A DNA stretch of 63,221 bases, counting the filler, from Olpidium bornovanus S191 (taxonomy: Eukaryota; Fungi; Olpidiomycota): NCBI GenBank assembly GCA_017911155.1. It is 23 parts of 23 records of this genome, joined end to end, with 100 filler letters (N's around TTAATTAATTAA, not from the genome) between each part and the next. Parts side by side here need not be neighbours in the genome. Positions count along the whole stretch, not along the records: positions 22,017 to 25,335 come from JAEFCI010001661.1; positions 25,436 to 26,714 come from JAEFCI010006352.1; positions 26,815 to 30,536 come from JAEFCI010001140.1; positions 30,637 to 35,038 come from JAEFCI010000978.1; positions 35,139 to 38,666 come from JAEFCI010006099.1; 18 more parts are not named here. One strand, written 5' to 3'. The notes below the pieces were generated by a model. That model was not told the origin of the DNA and ran no database searches. It saw only the letters and a program-made list of their open reading frames with translations. This document shows positions 23,598 to 35,676 of this stretch, in pieces. The translations under genes and the position numbers were made by a program. Each line of letters opens with the position of its first letter. Position 1 is the stretch's first letter.

Positions 23598-24049
23598 TAC
23601 CGGCAGTTTTGAATTCCAAAAACCATAATGTCCGTTGCCCGCGCGGTTGAAGGCTTGTCGAGCGTCTCGGCCTCCTCGTCCTTCTCGACCATGGTGCCGA
23701 CAGCCCTCCACTCCGAATCGTCCAAGGGGCTAATGGTGGGGGCGCGACGTCCCGGGGTGATGCGGACGACCTCGGGCAGCTTGGAAACATGGACGTTGTG
23801 AGTGAAGTAAACGTAGCGCTAGGCATTGAGGAATCCCAAGACTCGGGTCGCGATCTTGCGCACTAGTTCCGGGCTCGCCGTGCGCCGGTTCGCAATCAGG
23901 ACAGCCTCCGATGTCATGATGTCTGCGATGGCGTGCAGGCCCGCGGCGTGCATGGTCTCGCCGGATTCTGGAAGTTGGGAAGTCTGAGCTAAAAAGGGTC
24001 ACGTTAGGCCGGCAAGCGCATGGTCGGATATCCTTACCGACGAGGTCAA
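23598..24049 (-). pseudogene. HIS1: ATP phosphoribosyltransferase (HIS1) 3' part with an in-frame TAG
   Basis: VDLV|ESGETMHAAGLHAIADIMTSEAVLIAN...KIATRVLGFLNA*RYVYFTHNVHVSKLPEVVRITPGRRAPTISPLDDSEWRAVGTMV...ATDIMVFGIQNCR aligns with yeast His1 (VDLVESGETMRAAGL...TAQRFV...TPGRRAPTIS...ASDIMVFEISNCRV). TAG at 23821-23819 replaces the Gln of AQR. Confidence 0.88.
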
Positions 24050-24514
24050 CTGTCCGCCGCAGAATCGGATCGATATGGCGCGTTTCATAGCGTTGACAGG
24101 TGTAGAAATTGTGACCAGCAAGTCCAAAGCAAAGCAGAAACTGGCATGCCACCAATGTGCAGAGCTGTCTGGCATGTACGCCACCTATCGCCACCTGTCT
24201 TCCAATGAATTAACGCAATGAATTAACGCTGGACAGACGTCTGGCTCTGGCCAGATAGCTGAAATGTCTGGTGTGTCGGGCTCGTATTATGGAATGCCGG
24301 GTGCAGAGTGACTTGAAAATTTTCAGCAGGAAGCGCGCGGTGCTCCGGCCGCTTCCCCCCGCTCCCCCGCCTCCCCCGCCCGGCCCGTCATTTTCTCTCT
24401 CTCTCTTTTTCTCTCTCTCAATCTCTCAATCTCTCTCTCTCTTTCTCTCTCTCACTCTCTCCCCTTCGCCCCACCCGCTCCCCTCTCGTCGTCGTCCGGG
24501 GCAGTTGTCCCCCG

Positions 24515-24545
<31 letters not shown>

Positions 24546-25282
24546 CCCCCCCCCCCCCAACCGCAGCCAGGCCAGGCCCCCCCCACCCTCCCCACCTCCA
24601 GGGCGCTCGGCTCCTCCTCCGCCTCCGGCTGCTGCTGCTGCTGCTGCTGCTGCAAACGTAAATTCTCTCTCTCTTTTTCTCTCTTTCCTTCTTCCTCTCT
24701 TGCCTCAACCGCACTCCCTGCCTTTCCGGTCTCCCACTCCGTCTGCCTCCCCCCCCTTTCCCCTCCACCCCTCCCCTGCGCCTGCCCCACGCCCGGCCCC
24801 GGCTCCGCCGCCCCCCCGCCCCCCGCCCCCGGCGCCGTCCTTACCGCGGTCGAGATACGGGAGAAGGGTGCGGGGCGGGGGTGGGGTTGGGGGGGAGTGT
24901 CTCTCTTCCGTCCTCCGGCGCAGAACCCCGCCCCCGTCGTTGAGATTTACGGTCCCCGCCCCCCGTCGCTTGCCTTGCAGAAACTTATCATCCCACGCGC
25001 ACGCCCAGGGAAAAGCGTTTCGCCAAGCGGGAAAAAAAAAAAAAAAACCAGGCCAGGGGCCGCGCGTCCCCCCCTCCCCCGCTTCCCTGCCTCCGGCCTG
25101 GGCCCGGTGAGGGCCGCTCTTCCGCCGCGTGAGCCGCGTGTCCTCCGACCCCCGCCCGCCGCCGGGCCCCTCCCCTCTTATTTTTAAGGGGAGGGGAGAA
25201 GGACGTGGAGGCCGGCGGCAGTCCGTTGGCTCTTCCGTTTACTGATGTGTACCCCGTTCCGCAAACTTCTCCGTTCGCCGGA

Positions 25283-25326
<44 letters not shown>

Positions 25327-26041
25327 CCCCGCGCGNNNNNNNNNNNNNNNNNNNNNNNNNNNNNNNNNNNNNNNNNNNNTTAATTAATTAANNNNNNNNN
25401 NNNNNNNNNNNNNNNNNNNNNNNNNNNNNNNNNNNGCATGGCCTCGTTCCGCCGAACTTTCAGATACACATTCCCTAAGGAATGTGATGGAGCATTGTAT
25501 TTCTATCTCTTTTGGATCCATTCGACGGGCGTTTTTTTTTTCCTACCACGCGGGCCAGCACAAACCCCGGTAGCCGCCGGGGGCTTATACGATTTCGACT
25601 TCGCTCCGGCCGAGTCCGGTCCTAAGACCTTGCCCAGGGCGTGAGTTCCGGCTCCCCGCCAGACCAACGTTCCAATCTCAAGAACCGACGAAATTCATTC
25701 CCAAACAGCCATCACTCAAAGCGGCAGGATTCACGTTTTTAGGCAGTAATTGGGCGTCTATGACCTGTTAAAACGTCGTCGGGTGCGTCGCAAAACGTTT
25801 AGGAACGCAGGTGTGAAACGGAGTGCGGCTCCGCTGCCAATAGCGTTAAGGGAGTTCGCAGTACAAAAAGTGGGCAAAAGGGCTATCGGAAGGTATAGGG
25901 AGGATGGGCGTATAAAAGCGCTTCTGCTCGCCAACAGCCCTGGAGGGAGGTCGTTGCACAAAAAGAAGGCGAAAAAGATTGTGTGCGAATGGGAGAGAGG
26001 GAAGATGGGCGAAGGGTTCAACGAACCCGGACACCAAAAAA

Positions 26042-26714
26042 TCACAGACTTCCGCCGGCCTTCAGATTGTTCAGGACTGCCATCGCAACCGTGACCACGG
26101 CGGTCATGATGGGCACCGCGCCGATGTACGAAACAAAAAGCAGCCGCGCCATGTCAGCCTCGAAGTAGCCATGGACCTGGCATATCTGTTCCGTCGAATA
26201 TTCGAGCAAGTTTCGTCATCAACCACAGGTCAAAGAAGAAGCAGTCAGGGAACAGGGAAAAACGGGCCGCAAACGGGTGGAAGCACGTCGTCCCGTATCG
26301 CACCTGGATAAGGTTAATGGCAGTTGGAGAGCTGCCAAGGAGGACGAGGACGAGCAGGAAGACTGGATCGTCCGCAAGCGCTCCCATGAATGGCCGTGCA
26401 GCGAAGACGACCGGAGCAGCGATGAGGGGCGACACAACGAGGCGGCCGAGGAGTACGAGGGTGATCGTCCGGTAATTTGGAAGCTGGGTGAGTTTCATCA
26501 TCCGGCGAGGGCGACATGAGACACTGGAGGACGACCGCGAGGAGCACGGGGACGACGCAAGCGCCTGTGGCACTAGCGTCGACGTAGATGTAACATGCGA
26601 GATTAGGGCGCAACCGTCCTGGGGCTTGGAGAGCGGGGACACCGACGCGGGCTTTACGCCTTCGCAATCGGTCGTTCTACAGCGAGGCTCGGTCGACTCC
26701 TCCGTGTGGTCGGA
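26042..26714 (-). CDS. Auxin-efflux-carrier (AEC/PIN-like, Mem_trans) family transporter, C-terminal part (5'-partial)
   Basis: LLGRLVVSPLIAAPVVFAA...LADDPVFLLVLVLLGSSPTAINLIQ|ICQVHGYFEADMARLLFVSYIGAVPIMTAVVTVAMAVL: the DP.F..V......PTA.NL.QICQ motif of fungal AEC proteins. TGA at 26044-26042. Confidence 0.85.
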
Positions 26715-27732
26715 NNNNNNNNNNNNNNNNNNNNNNNNNNNNNNNNNNNNNNNNNNNNTTAATTAATTAANNNNNNNNNNNNNNNNNNNNNNNNNNNNNN
26801 NNNNNNNNNNNNNNCATGTCGCAGCACGCAGCAGTCGGGCGGCTACAACCAAAAAGACTTCGCGCTTTGGGAGTTGCCTGTTCCTTCTCGACGAAATCAA
26901 AGTTTTCGACGAGTTGGAGGTTCTATTGAGTGAGCATAATGCCATCCACGCCTGCGCTTCTCGTACAAGACCTTCAGCACAAACACGCGGTATTTCCAGG
27001 ACGTGCTGTCCCTTTGCTGTCCAAATTGTAGTTGATTCAGATCCGTTAGAATTACACTTCAACTCGTTTTGCATCAGCGCTCACCAATTCTGACCAAGAA
27101 TAATGTCAAAGCCCATATTTTCCTGGACAAACACATGTACACGCGACGCAATGTCGTCGACGATAACTGTTGCATCCGGAGAATGACGAGTACTGGCCGT
27201 TGGAAGACAACCTGTTTTGAATTATTCGACAACGCCATCGTACACGGCACGGCCGTGCTGTCACTTCCGGACGGCACCGAGGGCCGGTACATGACGGCTC
27301 ACTCCATCTCACGGCGTTTGTAGGTCGTACATGACCACTAAGGGCATGTACTCCCGATCGGCGCCAGGCAGGCGCTGTCAAAGGATTTCGAGAAGTTTTG
27401 GTAGGAGCGGACGGGCAGCGGCAGGCTAGGTTACGCAAGACTGGAAGCCTTGGTTACGGGCGAGCGCACGGCCTCGGCAGCAAACTCTCGTCCCTCTTTG
27501 TAAGGCTTCTTTGACGCGTGTCCTCGACCAAGCTCCGTTTGACGGCAGTTCGGGACGGCAATGGTAGATGCTCCACACGAGGAGAGGGCCAGAGGCAGGA
27601 CGAGTATAGATTATTGCTACGCTTCGTCGGGGAGCAAGGTGGAATCGCTAAAAGTCGTGCACTTTAACACGTAAGGATATGCGTAACGTCGCGGATAGCA
27701 GATACGTCGCCTGACTTCGAAATTTTGGCGAC

Positions 27733-27930
27733 TTATGAAGGGGCAGTTCCAATAAAGGCAGAGTTTTTCAGTAGACAAGCGGTGGTCATCAGACGCAACG
27801 GGTGCGCAGCATAATTTTTGTCACCAAGAACATAAGGTGCTGTCTCAGCCTGCGATGATTGGTGAGAATCGTAGTAATTCTTGTGCGCGTGACACCCGTC
27901 ATGAAGTGATAGACCGGACGCAGTCACAAG
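27733..27930 (-). mobile_element. Probable decayed PIF/Harbinger (DDE_Tnp_4) transposase fragment
   Basis: LVTASGLSLHDG...APYVLGDKNYAAHPLRLMT resembles the V.AG.PGS.HD...Y.LGD.GY....LMTP second-Asp region of Harbinger transposases. Low-GC island with no intact long ORF. Confidence 0.4.
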
Positions 27931-28429
27931 CCCGTTTCAGTTTGCATGGGTGTTTCATGTTATATTCGTTGAGGTCTTTAGTGAACCCAACATCAACTGG
28001 TTTCGTAATGCAGAGCTGCATGCATGTCAATCGACTGTGATGGTGTTTGAAAGACGAGAATTTTGCAGTTGCGTGCAGCTGGTACTGGTCGCCCAGAAAG
28101 CGGCATCTAGGAACTTGTCTCAATTCATTGTATTACGCTTAAAGCAGTAATGGCGCAAAATTAAAACCAGCGTCTTCTTCAACTGCTCAGACGCACTGTT
28201 TACTAGATGGGTTAAACGGCGTAGTCGTGAAATGACCATGTGATCAGTTCATTAGCGAATTCGGCTCCCTGGCCTGTCCTGATCCGCTTCGTAACACCGT
28301 CAAGCTACCGCAGTGAACTGAAAACTTACGGCGAAAATGCATCAACCCATCTGGGAAAGAGATGCTGCTATCGGATGCTGCCGATGGGGCTTTCCGAGAA
28401 GCAGATCCCTTTTTTTTTTTTTCTTTTCC

Positions 28430-28460
<31 letters not shown>

Positions 28461-28557
28461 TTGAACGAGCACACCTTTCCGGCCCCTTTCCCCTGCCGCC
28501 CGGCCCCCCTCCCCCCCTCCCCCGGAACCCAAAGCACACCGCGGCGATCGCCGGCCA

Positions 28558-30536
28558 ATGCCGCAGCTGTTCAGTGACTCCGACGGCGACCGCCCGAACG
28601 CCGGCGGCTCCGACGCCGCGGCCGGCCGCGCCGAGCACAGCCGCCGCCACGACCGCTCGCCGCCGCACCACGCCCGGCTGAAGCCGCAGAACCGTCCCCA
28701 ACTGGGCGAGCGCGTCCAGCAGCCACTGCCCGCGTTGCAAGACGAGCAGCGGCAGCGACAACAGGTGAGAGTGCACGCGGACCGTCCTTCTGCAGGCACC
28801 GGCGGGTTCCGGACTCGCCCTGACGGTTTGCCTCTCGTGGCCAGCCGCAGCTCAGGTCGGATCCGGAGGAGGCGAGTCCCGAAAACCCAACAGCGATGTT
28901 TAAAGGCGGAACGCCGCGCGCAAGGCCCGCTGCTCCTCCGCAGGCCGTTCGAGACGCGGACGGAGCGTCCCCCAACGGCCTCTCGGCTTCGGCCGAAGAC
29001 CGTTCTGCACACTCCACACCGGTCGTCAGCGCCCGGGGTAGTTGCCCTGCAACTGGAAACCCGAACGGCACTAACGACTCTCGGACCGGAAGCGTGTACC
29101 GCGAGCGGAGCCCGTACAGGGCGCACGGCCACTCGCAGCGCGAGTCGCGGCGAGCAGAACGCCGCCAGGAGATTACGGAGCCTACCGTGACGCGGGGGCG
29201 TCCCCCGCCAACATGGCATCGGGGCCGAGCGCGCTGTGTCGGCAATCGGCCGACCGGCCGAAACTCGGCAAACGCCAAGCGCAGACAGGTGGATTCCAAC
29301 GGCCCTCCGTCCGCGAACCGCGGTGGCAGGGGAAACCGTGCGCCGTTGCAACCAGAGGCGGCGGCTTTTTCAAACGTTACCGCGCGACACCCGCGGCCTA
29401 CTCTCTCGCGCTCTCGTCCTGAGCGCGCGTTCGGCGCCTCTCGCGCGCGCGGCCCGCCGTACAGTGTTGAACGCACCGGAAAAGGACTCTCTGCCCCCCC
29501 GTTGGACGGCAACGGGGCATCGAATCCGGCGCGACTCGAGAGGGTGGCGCAGGGCATAACGCAGATTGCGGCGGAAGTACGTCAGTGATTGCAGTCAGCA
29601 ACTTGACGTATTCCCTGCGTCTTTCCAACGACTTACTTTTTAAATTCGCTTCCCGCGTCAAGATTGAGGTGGCAAAGCGCGAATTTGCGTTTTATGATGA
29701 GAAGGTGAGGGACGGAGCCGCCTGTTGGCGAACAGCGCGTATGCGACCTCTGGGCCGGAGCTGACCAGTGATTTGCACCTGTAGGCTCGGGAGGCGGCGA
29801 AGAAGTTAGAGGAGGTCGAAAAGCGCTTTCATGACACGCTGGAGGAGATGAAACTGTTGGGTTCGACGAGCGATCTCGACGCGTACCGGCAAAGTCGCCG
29901 TCGGCGACATGACGAAAGCGAGGAGGAGAAGCCGAGTCTACTAAAACGTCGTCGATTGAAACCGCCACCGGCCGCTGCCGGCATTTGCGCAAATTCTTCT
30001 GAAAAAGATTGCAGAAAGAAACAGGCAGAGTGCTCGGCATCGTCGAGCAGTTCGACGTCGTCTGATAGCGAGAGCGACGACAGCAGCGAATCTGACTCAA
30101 GTTCCGTCCGATATACTCCGGAACCTGCCTCGCCGCAATCTATGGTGCCGGCAGCGGCGATTACAGTCGTCTCGGCAGACGTCGTTAACAACGAATCCGC
30201 CACCACGCGCACTCGACGGGAAGAGGGCGCTGTGTCACCGGTACGAAAGCGACGGGAAGAGAGCTGCGAACCGATATTTGGAAGCCGGAAAGGCGGACTT
30301 TTATCCGCACCGACAAACGTGCGATTACGCTCCGAGAAAAGGGAGACCTGCTTTACTGTAAAGCTGGTGCATGCGATAAAGGCGTTTTCTAAGAAGCCGC
30401 GATGCATAATGATGAATCCGTGGCCTGTGACCAACGGCTTGGAAGACGTCATGGCGACCAGTGATCTTGGGGGGTGGGCATTTCGCGCGTTGTTGTCCTT
30501 CACCCAGCGTTTGCGGGATGTCCCTTACTTTAACCC
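28558..30536 (+). CDS. Unidentified multi-exon protein with coiled coil and Ser/acidic low-complexity region, 3'-partial
   Basis: In-frame spliced segment RLERVAQGITQIAAE|IEVAKREFAFYDEK|AREAAKKLEEVEKRFHDTLEEMKLLGSTSDLDAYRQ, then an open frame to the contig end. Confidence 0.55.
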
Positions 30537-31700
30537 NNNNNNNNNNNNNNNNNNNNNNNNNNNNNNNNNNNNNNNNNNNNTTAATTAATTAANNNNNNNN
30601 NNNNNNNNNNNNNNNNNNNNNNNNNNNNNNNNNNNNAACGCAGCGCGCTTGTCTTCAAGAGCACCGCAATTTGTGGGCGGCTCGCTACATCTGGGGCAAC
30701 GGTTGCTCACGATTGCGTTAGCTTTGTCTGGGCGTCTAGTGCGACGAACCAACCATGTGGAGCGCAGCAAAGCGTTACAGCAGGGCTTTTCGCCCACGCC
30801 CCTCGTTCCTCTTATTTGACGCCTTTATCCCCTCTTGAAGGCCCCGAGTTTGCAACTTGAGTTTTTGGTCAATTGGCGAGGGGAATGGGGGCCGCGTGTT
30901 GACCACCGGTGCGCATTCGACTGACTCCCTACCAGCGGTTCCTTTTTTTTCCGGCGGGTATTATACCACGGCCGGCAGTTCGATGCGATCGTCAAGGCAC
31001 ATTGACGATATCGTGTGTCTTAGGGCGCGAGGTGGCCAAAGACGGACCGGGCGGCAGCTGCGGTTGGCCTGTAAGCAGTCGTGCGATTGGGGGACGCGGG
31101 AGTTCGGGCTCGCGTCGACGCTCCCACAGCTGGGAATCCACTTTCCGCCTCCCCGTCCCTTCCCCGGGCGGGCGGGCGGAAATGGGGAGGGAGCGGGGCG
31201 GGGCGAGGGCTGGGCGGATTTTTCATCCGGCGCCGCCCGCTTGGGCCGCACGCGACCATTCGTCCGAGGAGGCGCCGACCGACGCAGCGGGCAGCAAATT
31301 GCGACGCGGCGGAAAAAACCGGCCCACAATCCCCGATTTTCACGGCTCCGGCCAAACCCGCGCGCGCTCTTACGCACGGCACCCAGAGGCATTCTTCCGG
31401 CGCCCCGTTTGCCGATCACTTCTGTTCCTCCGGAATCTCGGCCGCGGCACAAAAAGGGAGAGACATCAAAGGCAAGATAAAACGAAACCACCCATCCTCG
31501 CCCGAGAGAGAGAGAAAAAAAAAAACCCCCCCGCAACCCGGACTTTTGTCTTTTTTCCCTTTCCGAAAAAGGAGTCGAATCGGATTCCCATCGCTGCCGA
31601 GCGCATCTTCGAGGACAAGCGAAAGCTTCTGCGCTTTTCCCACCTGATCGCACAGAAGAAAAAAAAAAAAAGAAGAAGAAGAAAAAGAAGAGGGAACGAG

Positions 31701-33177
31701 ATGTTCGCACACCTAGGACGGCGTCGGGGGGGGGCCGTGCTGGCCGCCCTCCTGCTGGTCGGTCAGAATCCCGCCTGTGGTAAGAACCAGATCCAGCGAG
31801 CGGACGCTGGGATGACCCCGGCGGGGCCCCAGTACGAGCTGGAGAGGATCTTCGGGGCCTCGGCGCTCGTCCAAGAGCAGAAGGAGTGCGCTCCGTCGTT
31901 CCGGGCCCGGCGCAGCGTCTCTTCGGCTTCTCCCGGCGATCCCTCCGCGGACCTCGGGGGGGCGGTCGGCAGGGGGACGGAGCGCGCCTCGCACTTTCTG
32001 TCCGAGTGGGTGAGGACCGAGGACGGTGGGTTCGCGAAGTTCGCCGGCGGCGGCGACGGCGCGAGCCCGCATGGCCGTAAGAAGCACCGGCGCGCGACCG
32101 CAGCCAAAGAGGCCCCGCGGCGCCTCGCGCGCCGCGGACTCCGCTCGTCCGCCGAGGATTACGGGGTGTGCCCGAGGACGCCGCCGCCGCTGCTCGGGCG
32201 CTCCCCCGTCGACTCTGACCTGGCCCGCCTCTTCGCCGGCTCTGAGTCGCCCGCGGCCCGCGCCCGCCGGGGCGTGATTCCGTTGCCCAAAGACAGCCAG
32301 GGTAGGAAAAATGTCTTTTTTTGGTCTTCACACGATTCGCATGGGGAGGGGGCCGGTGTTCTACCGAAGGATCATAAACCGTACTGCCTGAGTTACCAGT
32401 TCGGCGGCGAAATACGGTATAGGGGTTTCGCCGCCGTCAACCCTGTACAGGTCTGTGACCGACCGCCCTATTTGACCTCTCATCTCTTCGCACGACGAAC
32501 GAAACCCGTAGGCATCGCGCCTGACCCCTTCGTCGAAACCGAGAGCGGTTTTATTTCGCCAAGCGACGCTCCGTTCCACGGCGACAACTCCGGCCCGCCC
32601 ACTGATGGGGAATCAGGTGAGAAAGAATGTGCGTGAGAGAGAGAGAGAGAGAGCCAAAAGAAAAAAACCATACTTCGTCCGCAAGAAAACCACCCCCTTC
32701 CTCCCAACAGAAATTCGGTTGTTGCCGGCGAATCTCGCGGGTGTGGGGTGGGGAGGGCAAACGCAGTCGCCTTTTTTGTTTTTTATTTCAGTAAACCCTC
32801 CAAGACCTAAGAAACAGGTCCCATTTTTCCCACTTTTGTCAGCTGACAACCAAGGCAACGCGCCGCCGCCTTTCGGAACCGGCGGCGCCGAAGGAGACGG
32901 CGACACCTCCGGCGGGATCGAGAACCCCGTTCCGAACGCCGAAGCCAGCGAGACCCGCGAGCCCGGCCCCGGTTCTGCAGGCGAGAACGGCGCCGGAGAC
33001 GCCGGGGAGGAGGCCGGGCCGCCCGACTCGTCCGGCGAAAACGCGGCCGCCGCCGTCAACAGCAAGATAACAGGGGCCGGAGACGCCGAAGAGGAGACCG
33101 GGCCGCCTGACACGTCCAGCGAAAACGCGGCCGCCGCCGTCAACGGCAACCAATCGCCCCAAAGCGACTCTGGATGA
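31701..33177 (+). CDS. Unidentified protein with N-terminal hydrophobic segment and C-terminal acidic 28-aa duplication; candidate secreted protein
   Basis: ATG at 31701 gives MFAHLGRRRGGAVLAALLLVG. Donor 32617 and acceptor 32842 join in phase 1 (SG|ADNQGNAP). The last exon has an 84-bp tandem duplication (32989-33060 and 33073-33144). TGA at 33175-33177. Confidence 0.5.
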
Positions 33178-35439
33178 GGCCTGACCCCGCGTCAAATTAG
33201 CCAAAAAAAGGCCTCCCGGGGAAATGCTCAACGTCTCAATGCCAAGAAAGATGGCCGGATCAGGAGCGGCGCCTCCCCGCAGCAACTTTTTTGAACCCGG
33301 GGGTGGCGTGGGCGGCGGGTCAACGTTGAACGAACCTCTTGGGTGCTTTTTTTGTTAGTTGTACCCCGCTCTCTTTGTTTATTTGTTACACCTTCCCATA
33401 TTTTTCCTGTGTCATTTTCATTTTTTTTTTCTTCTTCTCTCTTCTTTGTAAATTTCGAGATCTTCGTGCGTCTATGAAATTTCCTGGCTTGCTGTCGCGT
33501 TTGCTTCGTGCGCGAACTTGGACATTGGGAACGGTCTACTTTTTTGTTCATCGGTTCTCAGTTCTCTCCAGTCGGAGGGGGTCGTCTCTTTGGGGGGATT
33601 TTACTGTACCGCGCATTTATTTGGACGAAGACAATTCCGAAAACAAAACAACTGACGTCACGACTAAATCCGACAAACTTCGGAAAAGGTTTCCCCCACT
33701 TCCGAAGTTCACGACGGTTAAGGACTAGTGGGTTTTCCAATAGAGATAACTGCAGCAAGGCGGGGGGAGCTGGGCCCAGGTCGCTGAAACTAATGGGCCC
33801 GGCCCGCGCCTAAGCGGCGATTGCAATAAAAGGGCTGGGCCGGGACCCGGGCATCACTTGCAATGAACGCGTCTAGGCCGGGCCAAGAGCAAGCCCCGCC
33901 GGCCCACAACAGTTCTGGACGTGACCAGGTACTCTCCACTCCCACCTTGCAACGGCCACACCAGCTTTTCCCCGCATTTAGGCCCACCCACTTGGCAGCT
34001 GGTTCCCAACCAGCAGAGAGCACAACAAAACTTGAGCGGGGGCGGAGGTGGGACGAGGCAGGGGGCGGTGCGGGGAAGCGGGGCGGAGAGGCGGAAGGGG
34101 AGGCGGTAAGGAGAGGCGTGTTGGGTGAAGGGGGGAAAGGAGGGCGGCGTGGTTGGGTTGCGCACAGCAACGGATCATGTGCCCGACAATATTAAATGAA
34201 ACATTAATCACACCCAGCAATGAAAGAGTAAGCCGACATTGCGGAATTGACGGGACGGGAGGTGAATGGAGAAGGGGTTGATTTTTTTTTTTCCTGTCAT
34301 TTTGGAGCCAGAAATGAAGACGGAAAGTACGCATAAGGCAAGCACGGGGCACGGTGTACGACGGTTCGGAAATGGTCCTGCAGCGCTGGCATTTGGTTTC
34401 GGAAGACGACCCTCTCCTTCGTTTTATTTTGCTTTTACTGTGTTCTACTGCAAGGCATTTCAGATCTTTCTGCAACACTCCTCGCACGACGGAAGGCCGC
34501 AAAGTAAGGAATACATCAACACGCATCACGATCACCCTGATCCCCGGTGTGCTGCCTCCTCAAAACCGTGCGGGAGAGAAAACCTGCACGACTCGCAGTC
34601 GGGAGCAGCGGAAGTGCCGCAGATGAAGAGAAAAAGAGTACAGCCCCTTCTGCCTCCAACTGCAGGGATAGAAAGAAACCCAGCAGGCAAAAAAAAAGAA
34701 AAGAAAGGAAAAAAAATTACAGAGCATCCGTGGGCAGCGAGAAGGGGTTCCTTGTTGGTTTGCGAGCATCATGTGAGACATGGTGGCCAGTTGAACCGTA
34801 GTGCGTTGCGGTTTGGAAGTCCGTTTGGGAGTCCCGGTTTATTCAAGACGCGTAGCGTTTCTAAAACTACGGTCTACAAGTAGCTTAATTATAGTCCAGT
34901 ACATTTCACCTCCCCGACATGGAGGTGGAAATTATGGAGGTCGATATGGAGTCAAACTTGTGAAGTTTGGTCAAGGCAAAAGGGTGGTTGTTGAGGCTGC
35001 GCAATTCAATTATTACGACGATCATTTTGCAAGCTAGCNNNNNNNNNNNNNNNNNNNNNNNNNNNNNNNNNNNNNNNNNNNNTTAATTAATTAANNNNNN
35101 NNNNNNNNNNNNNNNNNNNNNNNNNNNNNNNNNNNNNNCACGCCCTTTGCGCGGTGCGCGTTGTTCTTGCCATCGCTGTGCGCGCCGTTCTTGTCATTCT
35201 CGATAACGGCGCCCGCATCCACGCCGCGCACAAAAAGGCCCGAGAGGAGCCCCGCATGGGGCTCTGGCCAATGGAAATAGTCGGCAACGACTCTGCAGCC
35301 AATAAGCGTGCAGAGACGAAACGCCCAGGGCGTAACGAGACGCCCATGCGTAACGAGACGCCCATGCGCAACACGGCGCACGAGAACCACGCAAGGGTAC
35401 ATTGAAACACGACGACGTCCGAACGCCAAGACCCGTAAT

Positions 35440-35512
35440 CGAGCAAGGCTTGTCTACAGCGTATATAAGCCGTAGTCGAGCAAAGCTCGTCTACGGCGTA
35501 TATAAGCCTGTA
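35440..35512 (+). promoter_or_regulatory. Duplicated ~37-bp LTR promoter unit, each copy with TATATAA
   Basis: CGAGCAA(G/A)GCT(T/C)GTCTAC(A/G)GCGTATATAAGCC occurs twice in tandem, about 150-200 bp upstream of the LTR end. Confidence 0.6.
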
Positions 35513-35663
35513 TACATCGTAATCAACGTTGAAAGGCACAGAACTTCCCCGAACCCGCGCTCGTGAACACCTCGATCCAGATCTAGCCAGAAATCCCACA
35601 AGTCCCCCGAATCTGTTCCTCGATAGCACTTTTCTGTGCGTAGCAGATAATAGACTAGTTACA

Positions 35664-35676
35664 TGGTAGCAACGCC
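35664..35676 (+). other. Primer-binding site complementary to the 3' end of initiator tRNA-Met
   Basis: TGGTAGCAACGCC directly after the LTR-terminal CA. Its complement ...GGCGTTGCT-A-CCA implies a U72/A73 end compatible with the A1-U72 initiator pair; the yeast Ty1/Ty3 PBS TGGTAGCGCC is similar. Confidence 0.75.

Noticed and set aside
23819-23821. TAG reassigned to Gln (variant genetic code) to explain the HIS1 stop
   Set aside because: Alpha-SNAP (784-786) and UBC8 (9898-9900) end at TAG at the expected C-terminal positions, and no other conserved gene here has an internal TAG.
24271-25335. Long Pro/Gly/Arg-rich ORFs here and at 4100-4839, 19434-20037, 30961-32331 (minus), 38949-40286 (plus) and 48650-49924
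   Set aside because: They arise from GC-rich, stop-poor DNA, homopolymer runs or the antisense of real genes, and show no domain motifs.
34801-35037. Short ORF ending ...RYGVKLVKFGQGKRVVVEAAQFNYYDDHFAS as an identifiable gene
   Set aside because: It may be a terminal exon, but I could not establish a family, a start or a consistent splice chain.
35661-35666. CATG at the gypsy LTR/PBS boundary as another chimeric junction
   Set aside because: LTR-terminal CA followed by a PBS starting TGG produces CATG naturally, and both sides fit one element.
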